DNA of 53,433 nucleotides, counting the filler, from Nitrospiraceae bacterium (lineage in GTDB: Bacteria > Nitrospirota > Nitrospiria > Nitrospirales > UBA2166), in NCBI GenBank assembly GCA_002726235.1. It is 3 parts of 3 records of this genome, joined end to end, with 100 filler letters (N's around TTAATTAATTAA, not from the genome) between each part and the next. Parts side by side here need not be neighbours in the genome. Positions count along the whole stretch, not along the records: positions 30,463 to 43,265 come from PBSN01000026.1; positions 43,366 to 53,433 come from PBSN01000027.1; 1 more part is not named here. One strand, written 5' to 3'. The position numbers and the translations under genes are program-made. Positions 37,801 through 45,769 of the stretch are shown here, piece by piece; the first letter of the stretch is position 1, and the number at the start of each line of letters is the position of its first letter. The notes beneath the pieces were generated by a model, which worked only from the letters and a program-made list of their open reading frames with translations, made no database searches and was not told the origin of the DNA.

Positions 37801-38857
37801 GGATTGTAAAAAAGGGGAAAGTCGTAGAAAAACAAATAAAGGTAAAGGGCATGTAGACAAATGGGTTGATTTCAGTAAAAATTGGAATTTTTCAAGTTCA
37901 GTAACTCCAGAACTCAGATATAGAAAAATGAAGGAAATTCAAAAACAAATTTTATCACAAGCAGAGGCATTTACTCTTTTAAAAGATTTAAAAGAAACAT
38001 TTTTATATGGTGGATTAGAATGTCGGTTAGAAAGAGGGAAAAATAATGTTAGAGATACATTGTGTAATAGTAAAAAAATACTTGCTAATGTTAACAAATT
38101 ACTTGAAAGATGGATTGCAAATTTACCTAAGGATAGTTATCAACGATATCATCTTATATCATTATTTCATCTTAGAATTAATGAAGATAATATGGGGAAA
38201 AGTGGTCGTATGTTTGGTACTGAATGTGAAGAAAAATATGCTATATTAATGAATTATTGTTTTTGTTGTATGATTTTAAATGGTATTATACGAGATTTTG
38301 AGGATATTAAGGCTAATCGTATTACATACAAAAATGTCGATGGTAATATTGTAAAAGAATATAACGAAGGATTTTTAGAAGGTGTTCAAATTTCCGAATC
38401 AGATTATACAGAACTTATTGAAGAAGGCATATTTATTAATGAAACAATTAATCACTTAGCATTTTACTTTAAGAAAAAAAATAATCCTAGTACCAAATTA
38501 CAAAAAGAAGATCAATTAAAAGAAGTTGTGTCAAGTCTTTATTCAACAAAAGTTTATAGAAGGGACCAACGTAAACCAAATCCTAATGGTAGATATGAAT
38601 GGGACGATCGTATCAGAATGTCATTAAAAACTTATTTACCTAGTAAATTTTTATACGATCCCGAAGAAGAACAAGGATATAATGATAATGTTTTAATAAA
38701 AAAAATATTAACAGAACTTGATAGTAAATCTGGTAAAGGAAAACCATCCAAATTTATTATGATGTGTTTATTAAGACCTGAAATTGATGCTAAATATTGT
38801 ACTGGAGCAAGAGCTACCTTAGATTTTGCTGAATCTGTATGTTCCACTTGTACATAA
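34871..38857 (+). CDS. Kinesin-like protein with N-terminal coiled coil and C-terminal motor domain
   Basis: AGAVRVYVRI, P-loop GYSIILFGYGYSGSGKSYTL, switch I NNPASSRSH, switch II LVDMAGIE, helix 4 EGIFINETINHL, SKFIMMCLLRP, TLDFAESV, and a Gln/Glu-rich heptad region near the N-terminus. Confidence 0.9.
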   Translation: MSLINQYKTNMFNKIKLIRSRNQKFKEICSELYSKNTQYGGVGYSDDVKPIVNVIDFDIEIDKNNQLIDEYLTKLNSLHTIITKETPDISKEEFDKLAKELKLKEEFILAQKEKIQTQIDELKNQNLENTQQYNTTLQALEQQNAELNLTIQNIQKENTTLEQQLTESSNSNVLQLQQLQEENQEYQKAIANITILQGQLEQLQNEKTQLQQKNTGLSTQLNSSNKSLQEQTNLKDQLQAENETLRQENANLPEKIKSGLRESLQSYDDKLIKHVVKKENVQIGGKRLKKMQESCAIFANRKKYERNIRKLMKLYNNVNNLRNKFINEHIKKYVKKNNIKMSDIKKELKFLFKNRSKYLNNQTIFMGGEISDDKVYNQVVSHLINQTQLPDEHFDNIYNKLKTIIKGEVSGDSSGKDILNQVYKAVLGDIEIGLKEQKFLDKATTIKALGDEIIALLSDCEPAGMDTKFKSSYSKIVKQTKVLDKLAKLLTINPDETILQKAQAYLPVDAPSEISLNGSVTDMMSAIQSYYNSQIEQYTKNIPGMLKDLETNIKKPWYLEDNKDMKKNLCKEISNLQKVLKKASRELDLSYIVNKYEDIAGAVRVYVRINDYAVKKNEVKTHKCSPESICLGRSYVIEKDNGEETTYILARNPCEQDAFYNPQQKIESINQKKSTYDIIDTDILDKYNMLGVQRYGSFFGTYENVTNKDIFEGVDTKSNNPPLKDALLQATQGYSIILFGYGYSGSGKSYTLLNGDNSMLSSFMAAVKNKAGIITIDKISELYGRYRIEENIMEANEYDITEDNLKDINREIDFNHINNIDAEKREKQINILLETIETFRKTPRTNGLGERIPATIKGTPNNPASSRSHLFIRIGVQLPGKPQGYLTLVDMAGIEDPVEIAINIFPFTDLRRKVNPFKDVNPKWASIDIQKLKNNDIAQKMLSKYFGEVLDDLKRVEEDVCPKARGYDQDTAWKYLSDCKKGESRRKTNKGKGHVDKWVDFSKNWNFSSSVTPELRYRKMKEIQKQILSQAEAFTLLKDLKETFLYGGLECRLERGKNNVRDTLCNSKKILANVNKLLERWIANLPKDSYQRYHLISLFHLRINEDNMGKSGRMFGTECEEKYAILMNYCFCCMILNGIIRDFEDIKANRITYKNVDGNIVKEYNEGFLEGVQISESDYTELIEEGIFINETINHLAFYFKKKNNPSTKLQKEDQLKEVVSSLYSTKVYRRDQRKPNPNGRYEWDDRIRMSLKTYLPSKFLYDPEEEQGYNDNVLIKKILTELDSKSGKGKPSKFIMMCLLRPEIDAKYCTGARATLDFAESVCSTCT

Positions 38858-38860
38858 TTT

Positions 38861-39196
38861 TTATTCAAGATTTGGAACTTTTATTTTTATAACACCCCCT
38901 TTGGACTTAGAGCATATTTTAAATTTTATACCATTTAATTTAAAATATTCTACTAAAAATGGACCCAATACGGAACCATTACTACTATTTAGTCCACGAC
39001 CAACTATAACGTTCAGTATTTCATCCTCTTTCAAAATTTCTAATCTTTTTAATATTTCTATCTTAGAAGATAGTTTTGTTAATCCATGTAAATCTATTAT
39101 ATATCTATTTAATTCTCTATTCAAATTAAAATATTTTTTTGGTAATGGTTTCCAACCATTTTTTTTATAATCTAATATATCTTCTTTTATTGTCAT
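38861..39196 (-). CDS. Stand-alone Smr domain protein
   Basis: IIDLHGLT, NVIVGRGLNSS, VLGP and GGVIKI match the Smr/MutS2 C-terminal fold. Start placed at ATG 39196. Confidence 0.8.
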   Translation of the reverse strand: MTIKEDILDYKKNGWKPLPKKYFNLNRELNRYIIDLHGLTKLSSKIEILKRLEILKEDEILNVIVGRGLNSSNGSVLGPFLVEYFKLNGIKFKICSKSKGGVIKIKVPNLE

Positions 39197-39248
39197 TATT
39201 AATTGTATAAATAATATATTATTTATGTATACAATTAATATATGATAT

Positions 39249-40190
39249 ATGGAGAATAAGACTCTTACCATCTTAACTTATAATGTATTATTTGGGCCAG
39301 CTGATGGAGAATTACTTAGAGCAAATAGAATATCTATGGAAATACTTAAATCATTAATTAATTTAGATAAACAAAATTCTATTGATGTTATCTGTTTTCA
39401 AGAATTTTGGGATTCCATATGTGAAGATTATGGAGTTAAAACTTTAGGTAAATTTTTACGATTAAATGGATTAGGAAATTACTATAAAAAAAATTTTTTA
39501 AAATATTTACATAAAATTGGATTTAAATATACAGTTGATTTAGGAAGACAATGGGGAAAATTAAAAGGAAGTGGTTTGTTAATTGTATCTAAATATCCTA
39601 TTACTGAATCCAAACACTATTATTTTTCTACTATGAAAAAAGAAGTATCAAATATTGATTCCTTCGCAAGCAAAGGAATTTTATTAGCCAAAATAAAAAA
39701 AAATGATATGATATTTAATGTTATTACTACTCATTATCAAGCATGGGTAAAAAATTATAAACAACGAGTTCTTGCATCTCTCGCAATGAAAAATTTTATT
39801 AAAGAAAATGTTACAAATTTAAAAGAGCCTTTAATAATATGTGGAGATTTAAATGAAGATAGAATACATTTACCAAAAAGAGTTTCTTTATTATATAAAA
39901 TCATGGACGTTATAGAACCTAAACGATTACCTAATACTTCAAAATTTACATATAATAGAAAAAAAAATGAATTCGTTGGACTTGATGGATCTAAATACAC
40001 TTTTTCACAAGCTATTGATTATATTCTATATTCTAAATTACATAAACAACCAATTAATGCAAATTATAAAATTATACAATTACATAGTGATAAGAAATAT
40101 TTAGCAAATATTAAAAGACACGATAAACATATTCTATTTACTAAACAACTATCTGATCATTACCCAGTTCTAGGAACTTTTAAATTTTAA
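39249..40190 (+). CDS. EEP-superfamily phosphodiesterase, sphingomyelinase-like
   Basis: LTYNV, DVICFQE, GSGLLIVSKYPI, DSFASKGIL, TTHYQA, CGDLN, IDYI, LSDHYPV. Confidence 0.85.
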   Translation: MENKTLTILTYNVLFGPADGELLRANRISMEILKSLINLDKQNSIDVICFQEFWDSICEDYGVKTLGKFLRLNGLGNYYKKNFLKYLHKIGFKYTVDLGRQWGKLKGSGLLIVSKYPITESKHYYFSTMKKEVSNIDSFASKGILLAKIKKNDMIFNVITTHYQAWVKNYKQRVLASLAMKNFIKENVTNLKEPLIICGDLNEDRIHLPKRVSLLYKIMDVIEPKRLPNTSKFTYNRKKNEFVGLDGSKYTFSQAIDYILYSKLHKQPINANYKIIQLHSDKKYLANIKRHDKHILFTKQLSDHYPVLGTFKF

Positions 40191-40203
40191 TCTATTTTTT
40201 TGA

Positions 40204-40647
40204 TTACTTATACTTATTTATGAGAGCATTTATTTCATGAATTTCAACACCAGTACTTTTGCTATAATTTTTTTTTTCAGTGTCACTAAAATTTTTTATT
40301 TTACTAAAATCAGTTTCTATAAATTTTTTTTCAAAATTAGCAATATGGTTTAACATTGTTTCTAATTTTGATTTAGATATATCAACTAAATTAAAAGATA
40401 TCCTTAATGTTTCTTTTATCTGGTCTAGTTGGGTTTTAGTTAATTTATATCCATTATTATTCAAAATTTCTCTAAAACGCATTAATTTAATATGATTATT
40501 AGCACAATTTGTACCATAAGATGCTACTTCGACATTACCATCAAATCCTTTAAGTGTCCAGCAGAAGCCAAGCATTTTATATGGAAAATGAGTTATTGGA
40601 TACCAAGTCGGTTCAGATTTACAAGATTTACTAGTCGTTTCCTTCAT
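40204..40647 (-). CDS. Hypothetical protein
   Basis: 147-aa ORF filling the gap between neighbours in very AT-rich DNA. No motif recognised. Confidence 0.6.
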   Translation of the reverse strand: MKETTSKSCKSEPTWYPITHFPYKMLGFCWTLKGFDGNVEVASYGTNCANNHIKLMRFREILNNNGYKLTKTQLDQIKETLRISFNLVDISKSKLETMLNHIANFEKKFIETDFSKIKNFSDTEKKNYSKSTGVEIHEINALINKYK

Positions 40648-40738
40648 TGTTAGTATATTATATTATACTATACTATAATATATTTGAAATTTATAGTTAA
40701 TTAAACATAAGCTTATAATTTATATTAAAAATATAATA

Positions 40739-41647
40739 ATGATTAATAACAATTTAAATCCCAATGGAAAAAATATTCAGATGGTTTTATTTTATGATGA
40801 AAATAATGAGAAAACTGAACGCATTATAAAGGAATGGAATCTATTTGAAACTGATTGTACTGCTGATATTAATGTAGTGAAAATAAAATTATCAGAAAAT
40901 AAAAATGTATTTAGTAATTATGATGTTTGTATCGCAACAGATGAACATTATCCAAGTATTTTAGTTTTAGATAAAACTAATAGTGAAATAACAAGATACA
41001 TTGACCCAATCGATAAGGGTTCATTAATCGATTATACTAAAACTATAAAACTTTTAATCAAAGATTGTTGTTTTATGAATATTGTTTTAGTTAATCATGT
41101 TTCTAATATTACAGATGGTTTAGACAAAATGATGGACTATTATGGGAAAATATTAGAAATTACATCTTTTACAGCTGGATTTCAAGCAATTGTAGTTGGT
41201 GTATATGGGTCAGATGTTGATACTGAAGTAGAAAAATGGTCATTGTTTTTATTTGCTTTAGGATTTCTAATTAGTATGGGTGCGGTATTAATATCATTTT
41301 GTGCTAATAACTATTTTACAGGTATATATGGTGAATCATCTTTATTTATTGCACGAGGATGTATGAAATGGCAATTATTTTTTTATCTAGCAGATATGTT
41401 TACAATATCATCTTTATGTACGCTTATGGTTGCTATAAATTTAGGAATCTGGTCTCTTTTACCTGATTGGCAAGCATATTTATTTAGTATAATTGTTGGA
41501 ATAGGTTTTATCATGTTTTTCGTTTTCATGTATAATGTTATTAAAAAACAACAGAAATATGATCTAGGAGATGGTGACATAGTTCAACGAAATATATATA
41601 ATTTAAAACCATCTATGACAAATCCTCTAATACCACGTAATACTTAA
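40739..41647 (+). CDS. Thioredoxin-fold domain without CxxC fused to a multi-TM domain
   Basis: The N-terminal part aligns by eye with the 34242-34769 thioredoxin. The C-terminal part has about four hydrophobic helices. Confidence 0.65.
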   Translation: MINNNLNPNGKNIQMVLFYDENNEKTERIIKEWNLFETDCTADINVVKIKLSENKNVFSNYDVCIATDEHYPSILVLDKTNSEITRYIDPIDKGSLIDYTKTIKLLIKDCCFMNIVLVNHVSNITDGLDKMMDYYGKILEITSFTAGFQAIVVGVYGSDVDTEVEKWSLFLFALGFLISMGAVLISFCANNYFTGIYGESSLFIARGCMKWQLFFYLADMFTISSLCTLMVAINLGIWSLLPDWQAYLFSIIVGIGFIMFFVFMYNVIKKQQKYDLGDGDIVQRNIYNLKPSMTNPLIPRNT

Positions 41648-41708
41648 AAATAAAATTAATCTATTTTTTAAATAAATATATCTGTATAGTTTAGAACTAA
41701 AGTGTAAG

Positions 41709-42341
41709 ATGTATAAGGTTTGCTCGCAATGTAAAAAACATAAAGAATTAGACGATTTCCATAAACTTCAAAAAGGACTTTATGGTCGCCATTCTATGTG
41801 TAAATTATGTCGTAAAAATGCCAGAATTTTACAATCACAACAAAAAGTGATTAAAACTAATATATATCTTGTCTGTTCTGATTGTAATATACAAAAACAT
41901 TGTTCTGACTTTTATATTAATAGAAGTTCTAATTGTGGATATCAAAGCTATTGTAAAACATGTCAAACCTTGAAAATATCTAAATCCATGTCTAAACTTG
42001 AAAATTATGCTAAAATAATTTTAAAAAAATTTATAAAAAAGAATAAAAAAAAAATTGTTAATATTACAACTCAAAATATTATTGATGCATATCATAGACA
42101 ATTTGGATTATGTGCCATAACTAAACATAAAATGACTCACGATACTGATATCCATCAAAGAACAGATAATATATGGAATATGTCCATATATGTTGATACT
42201 AAATTAACTAAAATTACAGAAAAAGATTTTAAATTAGTTATTCATTTTATTTACACCGCTCAAAATTTATATAAACTTGACATTAAACAAACTTTAAATC
42301 TTTATAAAAATTTAGTAGAAGATACTAATTCAGAGGATTAG
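41709..42341 (+). CDS. Cys-rich zinc-ribbon protein, possibly related to HNH/endonuclease VII families
   Basis: Two units of CxxC...F...CKxC (CSQC/CKLC and CSDC/CKTC), then GLCAITKHKMTH. Confidence 0.6.
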   Translation: MYKVCSQCKKHKELDDFHKLQKGLYGRHSMCKLCRKNARILQSQQKVIKTNIYLVCSDCNIQKHCSDFYINRSSNCGYQSYCKTCQTLKISKSMSKLENYAKIILKKFIKKNKKKIVNITTQNIIDAYHRQFGLCAITKHKMTHDTDIHQRTDNIWNMSIYVDTKLTKITEKDFKLVIHFIYTAQNLYKLDIKQTLNLYKNLVEDTNSED

Positions 42342-42741
42342 CAGGAACAATTGTATTATGCATGGTTGTTCCAATCCCAATATTAGCCTCATCAATGACA
42401 ATATTCGCAATATTAGCCCCAGTAACTCCAGTAACTCCAGTAACTCCAATATCAGGCATACCAGTTCCTATACCAACATTTGTAGGAGTAGTAAAATTAA
42501 ATGAAAAATATATATCACCACTAGACCATTTCTCTAACTTTTTATTGTACATATCAAATTTTAAGATATCCTTTCCTAATTTTATTCTACATTTTGAATC
42601 CCGTCCATCTAAATAAAGAATGGAATTATCATGCCCTACATATCCAAATATTATATTTTTTATATTTTTTGATACAACTTTCTCTAATCCTTTTTCTAAC
42701 TCTAATAAATAATGAAATTTTTTATATTGATTATAATTCAT
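42325..42741 (-). CDS. Hypothetical protein with NVGIGT/NIGIGT motifs and (GVT)3
   Basis: 138-aa ORF. GIGT motifs resemble those of fibre-like repeat proteins. Confidence 0.5.
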   Translation of the reverse strand: MNYNQYKKFHYLLELEKGLEKVVSKNIKNIIFGYVGHDNSILYLDGRDSKCRIKLGKDILKFDMYNKKLEKWSSGDIYFSFNFTTPTNVGIGTGMPDIGVTGVTGVTGANIANIVIDEANIGIGTTMHNTIVPANPLN

Positions 42742-42851
42742 TTATTTGATAATAATCTCTTATTCATATGTCAAAAAGAATATGTTTGATTTAGCAAATA
42801 ATGAAAATTTATATTTGAATTTGTTTTCAAATATATATATATATAATATAA

Positions 42852-43100
<249 letters not shown>

Positions 43101-43117
43101 ATTTTATACTTAAAATA

Positions 43118-43156
43118 ATTTATTAAAAAATTAATTTAATTAAATTTTTAATAAAT
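43118..43156. terminator. AT-only palindrome after ubiquitin (Mimiviridae-type transcript-end hairpin candidate)
   Basis: ATTTATTAAAAAATTAATT-T-AATTAAATTTTTAATAAAT, 18 of 19 pairs, between convergent stop codons. Confidence 0.55.
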
Positions 43157-43169
43157 AAATTGAGAATGA

Positions 43170-43265
43170 TTATAAATTTATATCATATTTCTCCTTATTC
43201 TTTTTATAACAATCATAAAATTCACTTAAAGTTAAATCCTTTAATTTTTTCATTTCACCATCATC
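43170..43265 (-). CDS. 3' end of a gene truncated by the contig edge
   Basis: Open frame DDGEMKKLKDLTLSEFYDCYKKNKEKYDINL* running from the edge. Confidence 0.35.
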   Translation of the reverse strand, partial: DDGEMKKLKDLTLSEFYDCYKKNKEKYDINL

Positions 43266-43365
43266 NNNNNNNNNNNNNNNNNNNNNNNNNNNNNNNNNNN
43301 NNNNNNNNNTTAATTAATTAANNNNNNNNNNNNNNNNNNNNNNNNNNNNNNNNNNNNNNNNNNNN
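43266..43365. other. Artificial contig spacer
   Basis: 44 N + TTAATTAATTAA + 44 N. Confidence 0.98.
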
Positions 43366-44100
43366 GCTCACCGGGGTGGGCGCAACCATCGCTGCCGGCA
43401 ACCAACTGTGAAAGGGCATAATCGCAGCTTTGGCTAACCCCGCGATAAACAAAACGTAAATGATCGTAAGCAGGATGGGCGCATCGACACCTGCGAAAAC
43501 TCCACCTCGTTGGAACTCCAAGGTTCCTGTCAGGGTGTAGGTAAGAACGACTGCAGCGAGGAAGAAGCTTTTCGACGCTCCGACCAGGTAGATGAGATAC
43601 ATCTTCCCGCCTTTCCAGGCTTCCGCGGTCTGCTTGTGCATGACCAGAGGATAGGTGGAGAGGCTGAGAATTTCGTAGAACAAAAAGAGCGTAAAGAGAT
43701 TCGAGGCAAACGCAACTCCTATTGTCGAGGAAAGCGCAATAGCGAAACAGGCATAAAATCTCGTCTGTGCATGCTCATTGAGACCGCGCATGTAGCCGAT
43801 CGAATAGATAGTGGCAAGTATCCATAAAAATGACGCGGTGGTGGCAAAGAGTAGTCCCAACGCATCCGCACGAAAACTGATACTGATCCCGGGAAGCAGT
43901 GTTACCAGCGTAAATTCAATAACTCCGCCGGCCAACACCGCAGGTGCCATCGACAGAACAATTAGAAACTTAATGATGCCGGCACCGATAGAGAACGATT
44001 CTCGAAGATTAGGGCTATGCCGAGCGTATACAATAAGCAACGCTGCGATAGCAGAAACTGTGAGGGCAAGAACCGGTTTTATGGAGACAATAGATTCCAT
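43366..44100 (-). CDS. MrpD-like cation/H+ antiporter-family subunit (3'-truncated)
   Basis: PNLRES, ADALGLLFA, YSIGYMRG, NLFTLFLFYEILSLSTYPLVMH, KAAIMPFHSWLPAAMVAPTPVS. Resembles the MrpD-family type more than canonical NuoL. Confidence 0.8.
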
Positions 44101-44126
44101 GTCGAGTTACCTCTGACCTCTGATCC

Positions 44127-44429
44127 CTACCATTTCAACAAGTTCAATTGATCAACGTTCGTCGCGATCTTGCGGCGGAAGACGACGATAATGATGGCTA
44201 GTCCGATGGCCGCTTCTCCCGCAGCAATGGCAATGACGAAGATTGCCGCTATTTGTCCATCCAAGGCATCGAAGTAGGAGGCGAACGCGACGAGATTAAT
44301 ATTTGCGGCATTCAACATAATCTCGATGGACATGAAGATGATGATAAAGTTTCGTCGAATGAGAACACCGACGAGTCCAATTACAAACAGGATTGTGGCC
44401 ACTGCCACGTAGTAGGATAAAGGGATCAT
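44127..44429 (-). CDS. nuoK: NADH-quinone oxidoreductase subunit K
   Basis: RRNFIIIFMSIEIMLNAANIN, GQIAAIF, AAGEAAIGLA. Confidence 0.95.
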   Translation of the reverse strand: MIPLSYYVAVATILFVIGLVGVLIRRNFIIIFMSIEIMLNAANINLVAFASYFDALDGQIAAIFVIAIAAGEAAIGLAIIIVVFRRKIATNVDQLNLLKW

Positions 44430-44956
44430 GGTTTGTCAGAAGAATCGTATTGCCGGGCAATCGGAGTTTTGGCCAGGACGATAGCTCCGATAATCGCTCC
44501 AAGTAGAAATACCGCAATGATTTCAAATTGAAGCAGAAAATCGTTAAATATTGTAATTCCGACTGCTTTCGTGTGACCGACGAAACCAATCACTTCAGGG
44601 GTCGCGTTTCCGCTGAGGCTTGCAAAGGGACTGCTCAAGAGCATCAGTAAAAAGACTCCTCCAACTCCGGCTGTGACAAATGCGATCACCGCAGTGCGTT
44701 GATGAAATACCCGCTCTTCTGTTTTAAGATTGAGCAGCATGAGTACAAAGAGATAGAGCACAAGGATGGCTCCGGCATAGACAATGATCTGGACCATCGC
44801 AAGAAACTCTGAGTTCAACAGAATGAAGAATCCCGCAACGTGGAGAAGAAGGGTAAGTAGTGCTAGTCCGCAGTGCACTGGATTTCTGAGTGCAACGGTC
44901 AATATCCCCGAAGCGATACTTATCAAAGCAAGGTAGGCAAAGAAGAATGTGGTCAT
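44426..44956 (-). CDS. nuoJ: NADH-quinone oxidoreductase subunit J
   Basis: RNPVH, EFLAMVQIIVYAGAILVLYLFVLMLL, FEIIAVFLL. Confidence 0.95.
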   Translation of the reverse strand: MTTFFFAYLALISIASGILTVALRNPVHCGLALLTLLLHVAGFFILLNSEFLAMVQIIVYAGAILVLYLFVLMLLNLKTEERVFHQRTAVIAFVTAGVGGVFLLMLLSSPFASLSGNATPEVIGFVGHTKAVGITIFNDFLLQFEIIAVFLLGAIIGAIVLAKTPIARQYDSSDKP

Positions 44957-44969
44957 TTCAAAATCGTTG

Positions 44970-45752
44970 TTAGGCCTTCGGTTCTGGTGAAGTAGACTCT
45001 AAACTTGGTGCGGGCGTGACAACTGCAGTTTTTTCTGCCGCGCTGGGCGAGCCTGTGTCAGGCGTTTTGGCGATGGCTACTGGCGCTTCCGACTTGGGTA
45101 CAGTGTCTACGTCAATAGGCTCGTCTTCACTCGGAGGAGTTAAAGTTTGATATGGCGACTGCATCTCGACGGTGGGAGATGGGAAGCGATAGCGATATCG
45201 TTCCCACATTTCGTCGTCGACCTCTTGGTTGTGGACAAAGAGATACTTTTTGGAATCCTCAAGAAAACGCTCCCCGATCGCGTAGAGTTTCTTTTTGTCA
45301 AAGATGAGGGCGCGTTTGTCTGTCGTTGAATATTCGTATTCCTTTGTCATCGCAAGTGCATTGACAGGGCAGGCTTCAACGCAATAGCCGCAAAACACAC
45401 ACTTTGTAATATCAATATAGAATTCCTTCGCATGGCGAAGCAATGGGTTTGGTGCATCAGGCCCGGCGGGCTCACTCACGACTTTTATGCAGTGTGATGG
45501 ACAGGCCGCTTCACACAAATCACACCCGACGCACCGTTCTTCGCCTATTTTCCCTTCACCTTTATCGTATCGCAGTAAACCAAGGGCGCCACGATGGGCA
45601 TCAGGAATAATTCGTTTCTCACGCGGGTATTGAAAAGTCACCTCTCTCATAAACATGTGCTTGAAGGGTACTTTCATCGCAGTCCAGATTTCTCGAAACA
45701 AAACTGCGTCAAAAAACTTCTTTATGGGTCCTTCGCGTGCGGATTTTTGCAT
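44970..45752 (-). CDS. nuoI: NADH-quinone oxidoreductase subunit I with long C-terminal tail
   Basis: TFQYP, CVGCDLCEAACP, CVFCGYCVEACP. Confidence 0.93.
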   Translation of the reverse strand: MQKSAREGPIKKFFDAVLFREIWTAMKVPFKHMFMREVTFQYPREKRIIPDAHRGALGLLRYDKGEGKIGEERCVGCDLCEAACPSHCIKVVSEPAGPDAPNPLLRHAKEFYIDITKCVFCGYCVEACPVNALAMTKEYEYSTTDKRALIFDKKKLYAIGERFLEDSKKYLFVHNQEVDDEMWERYRYRFPSPTVEMQSPYQTLTPPSEDEPIDVDTVPKSEAPVAIAKTPDTGSPSAAEKTAVVTPAPSLESTSPEPKA

Positions 45753-45769
45753 CTTGTGTCTTTATGCGG

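Noticed and set aside
37556..38410. Kinesin insert as an intein
   Set aside because: No Cys/Ser start with His-Asn end at the boundaries and no LAGLIDADG motifs seen.
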